A stretch of 64,000 bases of DNA from Zancudomyces culisetae HAW-14-8 (taxonomy: Eukaryota; Fungi; Kickxellomycota): positions 1,302,001 to 1,366,000 of the forward strand of contig JBNJNM010000015.1 of NCBI GenBank assembly GCA_052426225.1, written 5' to 3'. Under the pieces are notes generated by a model. The model had not been told where the DNA came from and searched no databases. It saw only the letters and a program-made list of their open reading frames with translations. Below are positions 21,526 to 32,964 of this stretch, piece after piece; the first letter of the stretch is position 1; every line of letters begins with the position of its first letter. The position numbers and the translations under genes were made by a program.

Positions 21526-24391
21526 GATGTTTAAACAAAATTGCGTCTTTAATTATCTTTTTCCTTACCATTGTTGGCATTATCTGACTTTGTGTTGGTT
21601 TTATAATGTTTGATAGCGATTTGTTTAATTATTATTAAATATTGTTCTATTTTACTCTATTATTTGTTTTTTCTATTTTGCTATTTGCCTCTTTTATGGC
21701 GAATAGAACACTAATAAATATTATTTAAATATCTATGATTTAAATCGCTATATCATCATTCTAGATTGAAGAAAGTCATTTTTATTAATAGTGTTTTAGG
21801 AGGGTTGATACTAACATTTTGATAGCAACGCCAGTGTTCTTGGAGAAAAGCTTTCAAAGCAGAATGATTATTTTTGACTCGCTCAGAACGGAAATGTTCT
21901 CACTGTCTCAACTCCTTGTGACCATAAAGTACCCTCAAGAAAGGAAGAAAAGATTGATTAGAGGGATATTGAGTGTAATTGCATTTTTTCTTTAGAATTC
22001 AATAAAATACTTTTTCGGTAAACTCACTGTGCAAAGTAAGCACATTGAATAGGCACACTCATGTTTAAAAGAATATTTACCTGTTGAAAATTCCAAAGTG
22101 ACATGATTAAATCCTGTTTTTTTATTAGCCGGTTATGAACATGAAAACACTAAAAAAACGATCCAAGTAGGGCCAGGTACCAAAAGGGAGCCGAATGGTT
22201 ATTTTGCAGCATATTTAATCCCTGGATAAAAAAACTGGAAGATTTTTTTTTAGAGAGGATTTTATTAGAAAAGCATGCTGAAATATTCATGAAGGTTAGC
22301 AGAGTACCAGGGCAATCATTTTAAATGTGTCTTTTTTATCAAGAGCTAATCAGCATTAAAATGGAAAATCCCATCGTGCCCTGACAAAAAGGCTAAGATG
22401 AGCACTTTTAAAGAGCCAGATATATACGGATTTCCCTATAAAAAAAAAGAACAGTGGTGGCAGAAAAGGGGATGGTAGATATATTCCGAATTTCAAGTTG
22501 ATGGTATTTTTCTAATGTGTCTATTGTTGTATACTACTCTCTTCAAATTTTAGGGTAGTGGTGGCCATGAGAGCGATTCATCGCGAACAAAGATGTAAAA
22601 TACATTAGATGAATAACTAGGCGAGAATTTGGTAATCATTTTCCCTCACTATTTTGTGGCATTTAATGACTGTATCTAAAGGGTAGTCTTAATTTCTTAT
22701 ACAAAAGAACAAATAAATCAGGGCTTGTATTTCAAACCCAATCTTATATCCGGTATGCAAATTTACCGAGTACTTCCAGGGATTAAAAGGGTTGTTAATT
22801 ACAAAAAAACATAGTTAACATCATGGGTAGTTGAATCTAGGTAATCGGTGGTTTTTTTGTTTGGCTTTTTCAAAAAAAAAAATCAATGCATGGTAATCAA
22901 GGAGAAGAGGGGTGGAGCGGCAAAAAATCATTATTGGCGTACTTGCAATCTATTTCTATAAAACACTCGTGGTTGTGTAATAGCAAGAATTCTGACATTA
23001 ATGTGCTTTTTTAATATGTGGATATTATTGCTTCTGTGTTGTGAATGTAGACCTAAAATTCAACGTAGATAAATGTGCCATAATAGATGATTGATTAATG
23101 TGTGCTTTACCAAGGTATAGAGAGGACAGGAACAAAATGAGTGCTATTAGCTTTAACAAACTTTTTGTTGTGTGGTTTTCCTGATATTTACTACACAGTA
23201 TCAATTATACAGATAAAGTCTTTTCATTTTGTTTTATATTCATTGCTACCAATACAGCCTGATAATTTTTGACGCAATCATTTTAGTCCAGCGATGGCCC
23301 AGTATATCACTGTTGGGATAAAGTAAAATATACATATCAAGTGTCTATATGTGACTACTGGCAGCTGTAAAGGTGGAATATTGATGTTGTTACACTTTTT
23401 AGTCAGAATAAAAGAAGATCCGCTGTGGTAGTGGTTGTGTGGATTGGCCGGCCTTTTATTCAAGAAAGATGTTCAAATTTCAAAGGTTATAAAACAGTTC
23501 CACAAAGAAAAAAAAGTTTGTTGTTATTTTGTTGAATTATATATTGGCAATTTCAAATTTAAGCGTTATATTTTCCTACCAAAATAGAAAAATGTTTTTA
23601 GGGAATAGTTTCCAACAATATTTAGTCGTTGAGAATCAACACTCCGGTGAATATGTAGACATGGGCAAAGTTCCTGACGGGATTATGACGACGATAGATT
23701 CGGATTTTTGTAATGAAAAGTTCGTACATTTAACCCAGATTTACTTTCCAGACTTAAAAGGAGTTCTTTGTGCAATTTATTATGTCTAGGTTCTATATTT
23801 AGTTGAAAAAAAAGCGCGGAAAAAAACAAGCAGACTAATTAGCAGCAAAAAAGTGTCTGAAAATTGCAAAATATACTATTATTGGCTACTGTGCCATGTC
23901 ATTAGAAATATATTATCTAATTCAGCTAATCTGTACCACTAAATTAAATAAGAGGTATGGCAATTAACAAAGACGATTTTAATAGAACTGCAAGAATTGA
24001 CAGGATCTTCAACACTATATTTAGATGATTATTGATGTTTTTAGGAACATTAGTGGAGTGTATTGCTACACCTCAATACAGTTGCATAATAAATGAAATA
24101 TTAATGGTTGACACTAAATGTGTTTAAGTAATATTTTCCTTGGTATTAATCAGCCAAGTTGAGGATAAATGCAAAATAAAATAAAATAAAATAGGAATGA
24201 GTTCCTTGTTGATACTGCCATAAAACTCAAGTTGGTATAAATAGTCAAAGTCAGAACATAACAAATGCACTAGCTGTATAATTACACAATTCATTACAAC
24301 ACCGCATACATATACATTTGTATGTACATCTATTTCTAGCATATAGAAAAAGAAGCATCGAAACCAACTTCAATTAAAAAAGATACCTATC

Positions 24392-25693
24392 ATGCTTTCA
24401 AAGACACGAATAGCATTTTCAATTCTTCAATTGACCAATATCCTTGCAGCGCCTTTGGCCGTGCAATATGACACAAAGGATTCTGGTTTGGTACAAATGA
24501 AAAGACATGACCGCAAACAGGTTGTGGTATACACCACAGAAATAGTAACGATTACACAACATGTCAACGTTGACGAAGATGGAATCATTATCAACACCCT
24601 CACTGATATGCAGGACATACAGGAAGAGAGTGATATACAAGCATTTGATGAATACGATAATTACGAAGATGTTAATAGCCAAATTTTGTCACTAGATCTA
24701 GGTACAAGCGATCAAGACATAACCGAGGTGGATATCTCAGAAGATACAGGAGTTTATGATAATGAAGAGGCTGATGACGAAACTTTGCCAATAAGTTTGG
24801 GTGTAAGCATCCCAGAAATAAACGAGGAGGATCTCCCAGAAGATACAGAAGTCGGTGATGACGAAGTAATAGTAGACCAAAACTCAAATGCTGATGTTAC
24901 AATGGTGGAAGACGTGTTGAGCACCAATCTTCCAGATAGACTTCTAGTTCCTGATGTCGAGGAAAATTATTACGCAACCACACAAGACGAACAGAACCTT
25001 GATACTAGCATTGTAGCGCCCATACCTTCAGAGACTCAATTTTATACACAAGAAACACCCGCCGTACAATTGACAGACAAGTCATCTACCTCAAATAATT
25101 TTGGGTTAGACTGTGTCAAGTTTGTAAAGGCAGTCATGGGTTCAGGCTATCCAACACCAACCGATAGTCAGTGTAATGCATTTCTAAGCGGGCTTCAGAC
25201 AGGAGAAATCAGCTCTGCAAGGGAGGCAGCTATGTTTTTGGCACAAATCATGCACGAATCTGACGGATTGAAAGCAAAGAGTGAATATCGTTGTGCAACA
25301 GAAGATTGTACAGCAGACTACGCAGCACCAGGTGACTATCCCGGAAAGGCATACTATGGTCGTGGTTATATCCAGTTGAGCTGGGCTGACAACTACAAGG
25401 CCGCATCCAAGGCATTATATGGCGATGATAGGTTATACACAAACCCCGACTCTGTAGCGCAGGACGAAACAATTGCGTGGCAAGTGAGCTTCTGGTACTG
25501 GAAATCTCGTGTAAGAACCAACAAAGATGTACTTAGCGGTGAATTCGGTGCATCAACACGAATGATCAATGGGGCTCTTGAATGTACAGGTTCGAACATA
25601 GTTGCCTCCAAAACCAGATACGATATATACAAGCAGGTCCTTTCCGTATTTGACCCTTCATCCACACCCACTGAATCTGGATGTTACAACTAA
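24392..25693 (+). CDS. Secreted GH19 chitinase with a long acidic N-terminal region
   Basis: Signal peptide; AMFLAQIMHES, YYGRGYIQLSWADNY, SFWYW, TRMINGALEC; ends GCYN; paralogue of 20326..21525. Confidence 0.9.
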   Translation: MLSKTRIAFSILQLTNILAAPLAVQYDTKDSGLVQMKRHDRKQVVVYTTEIVTITQHVNVDEDGIIINTLTDMQDIQEESDIQAFDEYDNYEDVNSQILSLDLGTSDQDITEVDISEDTGVYDNEEADDETLPISLGVSIPEINEEDLPEDTEVGDDEVIVDQNSNADVTMVEDVLSTNLPDRLLVPDVEENYYATTQDEQNLDTSIVAPIPSETQFYTQETPAVQLTDKSSTSNNFGLDCVKFVKAVMGSGYPTPTDSQCNAFLSGLQTGEISSAREAAMFLAQIMHESDGLKAKSEYRCATEDCTADYAAPGDYPGKAYYGRGYIQLSWADNYKAASKALYGDDRLYTNPDSVAQDETIAWQVSFWYWKSRVRTNKDVLSGEFGASTRMINGALECTGSNIVASKTRYDIYKQVLSVFDPSSTPTESGCYN

Positions 25694-26365
25694 TACATCC
25701 CTTTTCGATAGCACGGATATCATTTTTCTACCTGCACTGTGTGCAGCAATGTAGATTTTTTTTTGAATACATTTCTAAATAATCCCTAAATTATCTGTTT
25801 TTGGACCATATCAGCTAAAACTGCTTTTGATGCAGTTTCTGTTGACTGGCCTAGATTTTTTAAATGAATTACTTTTTTCTTTTTTTTTTGTTTAGCGGAA
25901 AAAATACATCTTGTTCTTTATGCTACAAAGTTAAAGGGTGGTTAAACGAAATGCTCGAGTTTGTTCAAGCAATATTGAGTCTTTTAATTCCTTTTCCTTT
26001 TTTTTTCATTGGATTCAGGATTTGAATGTTGATTAGCCTGTGATTTTTTCTGTTTCTGTCTTGTATTTGCTGCCTTACATTCATAAAAAAAATTAGTCGC
26101 AAAAATAGAAATTGGTTGGTTAATGACTAACTTGGTTCATTAAAGAACTGGAAATCTGCGATCCAGAAAATCACAATGAGAATGGAAAGTTTGATATTAA
26201 TCCCCTAGTATTTTTGGTTTCACTTGTCAAATTGCTCTTTGTAACAAAAATATGAATACTGGCTACTCTTGATGGAACTTGCAGACTGAATAAGCAAATA
26301 ACCCTATTAAATTTAAATCAATTTTAGATAACTTTTAGGAAGAACAGAGAAAAATTCATAGCAAA

Positions 26366-26869
26366 ATGACAATCTCATCAGGGGGAAAAGATCAAATCCA
26401 GGTATGTATCGCCAAAACGGACGCAGAAAAACAAGCGCTCCAGAATCTTCGAACTCAAGTGCTTTGCAAGGAATTGGGCTTTGAAGTAGCACAACATTAT
26501 GACGAAGTTGATAAAAGATCAGTTCATCTTGTAGCATACAGGATGGATGGAGAAGCCCTTAATAAGGAGCCATTGGGAACTCTTAGAATCTTCCGGGGAA
26601 TTCCTGGACAAATGGTTATAGGCAGAGTGGGTGTAACACGAAACTGTAGGGGTTTGGGCATTGGGAAAAAAATGATTGCATTCGCTGAAAATCTTATCTT
26701 TACTTCAGACGAATACAAAGATATCGAAACAATCATAATACATGCCTACTTTCCCAGCCGCGATTTCTATCTAGGCATTGGATATAAAGAATCAGGCGAT
26801 GTCCACATTGAACAAGGCGAGCCACACGTGTATGTAGTTAAAAATAGGGAAGAGTGGGTTAGCTCTTGA
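26366..26869 (+). CDS. GNAT N-acetyltransferase (ElaA/YjcF-like), 167 aa
   Basis: LRTQVLCKELG...DEVD...HLV, IGRVGV, RGLGIG acetyl-CoA motif, FY..GY, GEPHV. Confidence 0.85.
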   Translation: MTISSGGKDQIQVCIAKTDAEKQALQNLRTQVLCKELGFEVAQHYDEVDKRSVHLVAYRMDGEALNKEPLGTLRIFRGIPGQMVIGRVGVTRNCRGLGIGKKMIAFAENLIFTSDEYKDIETIIIHAYFPSRDFYLGIGYKESGDVHIEQGEPHVYVVKNREEWVSS

Positions 26870-27233
26870 AATGTATTTTCGAATATCTACCATTTGTGTA
26901 TACAGCTTTTAACAAAATTTCGTAACTATAACTCGTTTATGTAACGACTTTTTTCTACTTGATCCGTTCTTTAGACGGTTTTTTTAAAAAAAAGAGAAAA
27001 GAAATACACAATTCTCGAAAGAAAATGCAACAACCAACACAAAAAAGGTCCAACAAAGGGTAATTCAGTACTAAAAGCCTACCTTACAAGACTTTTTTTA
27101 TAGGATACCATATGAGTTTTATTTGATAACCTTGACACGTGGGTTGGAGACAAGAAAATAGGGCATTAAATAAGATCAGAAATTCTAAAGACCTAGCGAA
27201 GAGAATGATAGCGAAAAAGAAGAAAAAAAGCAG

Positions 27234-29269
27234 CTAGTTGTCCATAATCCTAACATAGGTCCCGGGAAAGGTACCGATTTTCCCCCTTAATCTCCCAGTC
27301 CACCAATCGTTTACTTCTGGTGTTCTCTCAATAATTTCAATCACATCATTTGGTTTAATCACTAGATCGCCTTCCTGTTGTCCAGCAAATTCATATAGTG
27401 CCACAGCATAAACGGTTTTTGGTTGCGATTTAGGTATTGGTGGCGGTGGTGGTTTCGGCATCGACATTTGTTGCACCGCTGCTGCCGAATTGTAGCCTGA
27501 ACTACTAAGACTATTTGTTGAGAAGTGTGTACTTGGTTTTGTAGCTGCCCCATTGTATTGGTAGCTGCTCTGTGCAGCATTTTGGTTTATATTTGAAGAC
27601 GAAGAACCGGCTTCGTGGTACGGAGGGGGCGAATGTGAATAAGTTTTTTGCTCTGATGAGGGCGTTTCACTCTTTCTTGGTGAATACATACGTGGTGTTG
27701 GATCACGACTGAATGGTTTAAGAATTTTGCTTGAAAGGTCGCCTCGGTTTGGATTGTATTCTATATCGATAAAACGTTAATTAAATAAGCAATACACAGG
27801 AGCAAAGTAGAAATATCATTATAATAGTAATATACTTGGAATACTTACTTCCAGTTTGCATAACTCCAGACCCCCAAATGTCTAATTCACTCAGCATACT
27901 ATCTGCAGGTTTCCATGCAGCTTTCCATTCCTCGATAACATCTGCATTTAAATTAAACTGCCGCATACCGCCTGTGGATCCCTGGAGTACTTTATGGAGC
28001 TCCATAATCATAGATCTTTGTGCAAGTGTTATTCGTTCCCTAAGTAAGGCCATATATTGGTTTTTGTATTCCAAGAAATTCTTGACATCATCTTTGATCA
28101 TACTGTTATAGTACTTGTATTGTCTTGTTGCCTCTCTGAACTGATCCAACGACTAGAAGTAGTTTAAATATTGTGTTTTCAGTTTTAATGCTAAAATTTG
28201 CAGTATTAGCGCCGTTAACCAGCAAATAAAATGCACGTTTCAAAAAGATAAAATTAAATGAAACAAAATTAAAAAGAAGTAGGTGATGGGGTTACCTTCT
28301 GGTATGCTTGTTCGTCTGGAAGACTTCTTCCTCCAGGCTTATTCCCCCTTTCTTCGTACTTTTGCACCGTCGATCGGTGTCTATCATAGTCCAAAAGTTT
28401 ATTGTCCCGTTTGCTAAGCACGGCTGTCATCGCCTTAACGATATTCAAGAGTTCTGTTATTCGGCTAATCACGTTGCTATCAAACATATCCATTTGATCA
28501 AACAGCCTGTCAGAGTGTGCTTGTAGTTGATTCTGATAAAGAGACGCCAAGTTTTTTAGGTCACCGTATATTTTTTCATTTGTGTTTGAATACTCAGGAC
28601 CTCTGCCCATTGCTCCACTATCCACATTATCTAGCGAATCGAGCAGAACGTTTATAAAGTTTGCTTGATATGTATATATTCCTATATTTTAGTAAGCATT
28701 GGTGTTGATAGTATATTTCCCTTTTATTTAGGAACAGTTTCTAAATTTAGGTATGAGGACTAAAAAATCAAAAAAATAAACAGCAATGCAAACGATAAAA
28801 TAAAGATAAAACTCTAATTCCTTACCTAAAAAGCTATTATGAAAGGAGGATGCTTTCTTGTGCAAATCCTTCAAGCTCTTATCCATGTGTTTAAGCTCAC
28901 TTCTTAAATATTCGGTTTCCGAATCAATAGTCACTATTTATTTAAAAATAATATATATTAGTATGTCAATGAATAGACTGCACTGCTGGGGAAATAGTGG
29001 ATGTATGTATTATTACTATTTTTTTAGTTAAATAAAAACACACCTCCAGCCTTTGAAAAGGTCGTAGTAATCTGAGCCGGAAGCCTGTTTATCGCTTTTT
29101 TGAATCCTTTCCTATTATATATGTACACACATTTATATTTAATTTACTTTTGAATTTCGAAGAAATACCAAATTATATACTATATGCATCATACGTTTTA
29201 TCTCATAATATCACACTTTATATTTGCTCTAACCGCACATTATTCTAACGATCGTACTTACCAACTCAT
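27234..29269 (-). CDS. RVS167: Amphiphysin-like BAR-SH3 protein (Rvs167/Hob1-like); 6 exons: 29269-29262, 29111-29044, 28933-28826, 28681-28296, 28152-27849, 27760-27234
   Basis: Manual splicing gives MSWKGFKKAINRLPAQI..., BAR motif KRDNKLLDYDRHR, a PPPPP linker and C-terminal SH3 ALYEF...WWTG...GTFPGTYV; all GT-AG junctions in frame. Confidence 0.85.
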
Positions 29270-31015
29270 TGTATGCCGTTTGTGTACTTTTAGTTTTTTC
29301 TCGCGCTAGTTTGCTTATAGGTGTTTTTACCGTTTCCTACTGATAGTCTGCTATTGCGTACACAGATATTATAGAACGCTGTAATTCAAACGTGTCGAAA
29401 ATCGTGTTTGCAATGTCGTAATTTTTTTATGGTTGTTGATTGAATTGGTATTACAGATATCTTATGTAGTTATATCAATACCTTTAGTTGAGGATTTTGG
29501 TTTTGAAAGCAGGTATTTCTATTTGGGTCTCCAAAAATTAGAATTTCATCAAAATGCTGTTTTTTTTTTGTAAATTAATGATAAAATGGGAATTACAATC
29601 CTCAAAAAATAACGAAGTTTTAAAAATGTAATCCTAAACACTTCAGTTTTATTGGCAGCACCTGTTTTGCATTACAAATATCCTGAAAAAATAAATGAAT
29701 TTCAAATTACTAAATCTATCACACCAATTTTTGAATGTTATAGGATCACTGGTGTAATTATTATGCTTTTTTACACTGCAAAAACATTTGCTTTATTAGC
29801 ATTTAAGTTATAGTTGAGTTTACCCATTTGATTGCTCACACTTTTTTAAAAGATATTTTTGAAAAAACAAAACAACCACTTGATATTTCGAAAATGAACA
29901 TACTCACAAAGCCGTTTCGCCAAGCCTTCATGTATTTCAGGCTATTGTTACAAAAATCGCCAAGGCATTGATTCTTTAAGCTACATTTAGCCTGGACCTG
30001 CCCATAATACGACCAAGCTATTTAGTAGCGCACACAAATACCGTTGTCTTTGCACGTTTTTGTTATTCTATTAAACTATTATGTGTATTATACGAAACAG
30101 TTATCTTCTTTTCTTAAAAGAAAGCTGTAGTAAATCAGCAAAAATAGGCAAAAAGATGAGAAGGGGCAGGTGTGTGGGCAGTTTTCACACAAATAGACCT
30201 TTTTCTATTACTTTAAAACACTTGCCTGTATATCATTTTCTGTGTTGAATAAAGTTGCTCTCATTGATAACATTTTTTGGTTTTTAAAATAATATACTTG
30301 TTGCATTTGGCAATATTTATCATATTCAATTTACTATTTTTCTATTCTTTGTTTTCTTTTTTTTATATACGAAAGTAAAAAATTCAAGATAACTCTGCAT
30401 AAATGCCACAAGAGAAAAAAAATAATAGTATTACTCAGGAAAAAGTAAACCAGCCTTGATACCATTATACTTTTCATCTAGGGGCTGGATCCAGCATTCA
30501 AGTTTGCCCGGATTTCTTTTATAGGGGATGGACTCGTTGTTCAAGTATCAGCGGGTGACATCACTATTCCCTCTTTTTTCCTAAAGCCTACCAAGCCAAT
30601 TCAGCATACCGCTCAACCCACTGACACACCATTCTAATATACGGCTTTTCCAATATGGCATCTACCTAAAGCATAGATTTCCGTTTATAATCATTCACAA
30701 AGGAAATCGACTATTTGAAAAACGTGTACTTTCCAATGGTTTTAACCGGGATCATGTGCCTAGTTTTTGGGTAGACTATTTTCTTATCCCTGTTAATATT
30801 TTTTTTCCTTTTCATTTACTTCGTTTTTTTTAGATAATACCTTTTTTGCTTTTTGCTTTTTGCTTTTTGCTTTTTTCAAGTCACTTCCCCAACAACACAT
30901 TAGGAGGCTGCACCAGGTTTGTTACTGTCATAAAAGTACGACTCAAATCTCTAGGGATCTTCTTAGGAATTTATTCATGCTCATTTTACTCGTTTTCTGA
31001 AACTTTTCTTCAAAA

Positions 31016-32644
31016 ATGGGTCCCAGGATTTTTGACACACGATCGAAGGCAAAAATTAAGAATCCCCCAGCCAGATCCTTTAGAGATCATAATAGGGAAA
31101 TGTTGCACGACTTTGTTGCTAATCGCGTCGAAGAAGAGGTCGAATTTTTACAAAAAATCCAGGTAATTCATTCCTGCATACTCAATTAACTTTATACCTT
31201 TGCCGCTAACGAAGGCGTTGTCCTTTGTCTAGCTACTTAAACTCAAGTATAAATCGGCCTGTATAGACTTGATGATGATCGATATATTTTTGAGCCAGAT
31301 ACTTACCGAGAATATTCTATTTAAATAGGCTAGATTTCGACACCCTTTTCTGGATTTCTACTTAAAACTTGTTGCTGTAGCCTGTGATCATGTTTTTTTC
31401 ACATATATGCTGCCGCTGCTTTTTTGGCTCGGCTTTGAAAAAATAGCAAGAGGATTGACCATAGTGGTGCTATTAACAGTAGCCATTACTGGATGGGTTA
31501 AAGATTATGTCTCCTCCCCCCGTCCTCCATCTCCTCCTCTCGAAAGGTTAAGCTTCAATTCCGCCCATTCACTGGAATATGGTTTTCCCTCAACACACTC
31601 TGCATACGTTGTTGGAACTGCTATTTTCGTTACCTTTTCATGTTTCGAAGTGCTATCTACTGACGATACTCTTTCATCTACCAGTATAGACCCAGGTGTG
31701 TATCAAAAATCGATTCTGATGTTGGTAGGTTTAACCTGGTTCTTAACATTTTCGGTAATGTTCGGACGAATATATTGCGGGATGCATTCATTAATAGATG
31801 TCTACGGTGGTGCTACTCTTGGAACCATCATTTCTCTTCCGTTCTCCATATATCACGACTATCTCGACACCTTTTTTTATTTGGGTGGAATAGAAGGTAA
31901 GCATGGGAGCTTTTTTTTTGCATATGTAACCAAAATCACTTTAACACTGTTTTTCCTTTACGTCTAGGTCCAGCATTGGCATCCTTTTGTGTTTTCTTAA
32001 TACTTTACTATCACCCATTCTTCCCAGGGAAATGTCCTTGTTATGAGGATACGTAAGTTTTTACCTTCATTCCAGGAATACTGTGCCTACTATTGCATAT
32101 CTTACTATTATACTAATCCCCGCGCCAACTTACAATGCCATAGATTTTCTGCTCTTTCTGCTGGACTTGGTGTAGTTTATGGTTCGTTTATGCTAAATAT
32201 ACACCACCCCATTTACAGCAGCGAATTTCCAGACGTCCCATTCTACTTGTATAGAACTGTCTTAGGTAAGTATAACCAGCATTTAAAAATTCATCTCTAA
32301 TACTCGAATATGATGCTATAGGTGTTTTCATTGTAGCAGGATGGAAGGCTATCTCAAAACCAGTCATAAGAAGGGTGTTTGCTCTAGGCTTTGATAGGCT
32401 CCTGAAAAAGTTTAGGCTCTATAAAAAAAAGAAGTACTCGGCCCTCGGGAACCAAAAGAGTGCCTCAACTCTATCTTCAAACAGCTCCAAGGGACTGCAT
32501 GTATTCTCTTTTGATCTCGATGTTGGAAGCGGGCCAGATAAAATATATTCCGATAATAACATGGCCAGAATTCCAATTTACATTCTCATAGGCTATATAT
32601 CTGTATACGTGATGCCATGGTTGTTTTTTTATTTGGGAGTATGA
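31016..32644 (+). CDS. LCB3: PAP2-family sphingoid base-1-phosphate phosphatase (Lcb3/Ysr3-like); 5 exons: 31016-31162, 31329-31896, 31968-32052, 32144-32265, 32322-32644
   Basis: Motifs KDYVSSPRP, EYGFPSTHS, GRIYCGMHSLID and HP...CPCYED; in-frame GT-AG splicing. Confidence 0.85.
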
Positions 32645-32964
32645 ATCTTTTTTTTTTCGCGGATTATACACCATATCAAGGATATTATCTTTACTTGGCA
32701 CTCTTGAAAATTGAGATTGTAACTTTTTTTATTAGCACTTAAAAGGCCACTTTGGCTGCACCTGTTTAACATATGATTCTTTTTTGTAGTTTGTTATATA
32801 CAAATATCAGATTTAAAGCTGTGATAAGGCAAAAAAAGCAAAAAAAACGACATAAAACACGTCAATTTATTCATAGACCTCAACGCACGGTTTGTCCTGT
32901 ATCAAATAATATACATTCTCTGCTGCATTTCAGCAGGGTTATCGCCATTATTCTGATCTGGTAC

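Noticed and set aside
22160-22325. 55-codon open stretch (…QKGAEWLFCSIFNPWIKK…) between the chitinases
   Set aside because: No suitable start codon or splice context, and no family recognised.
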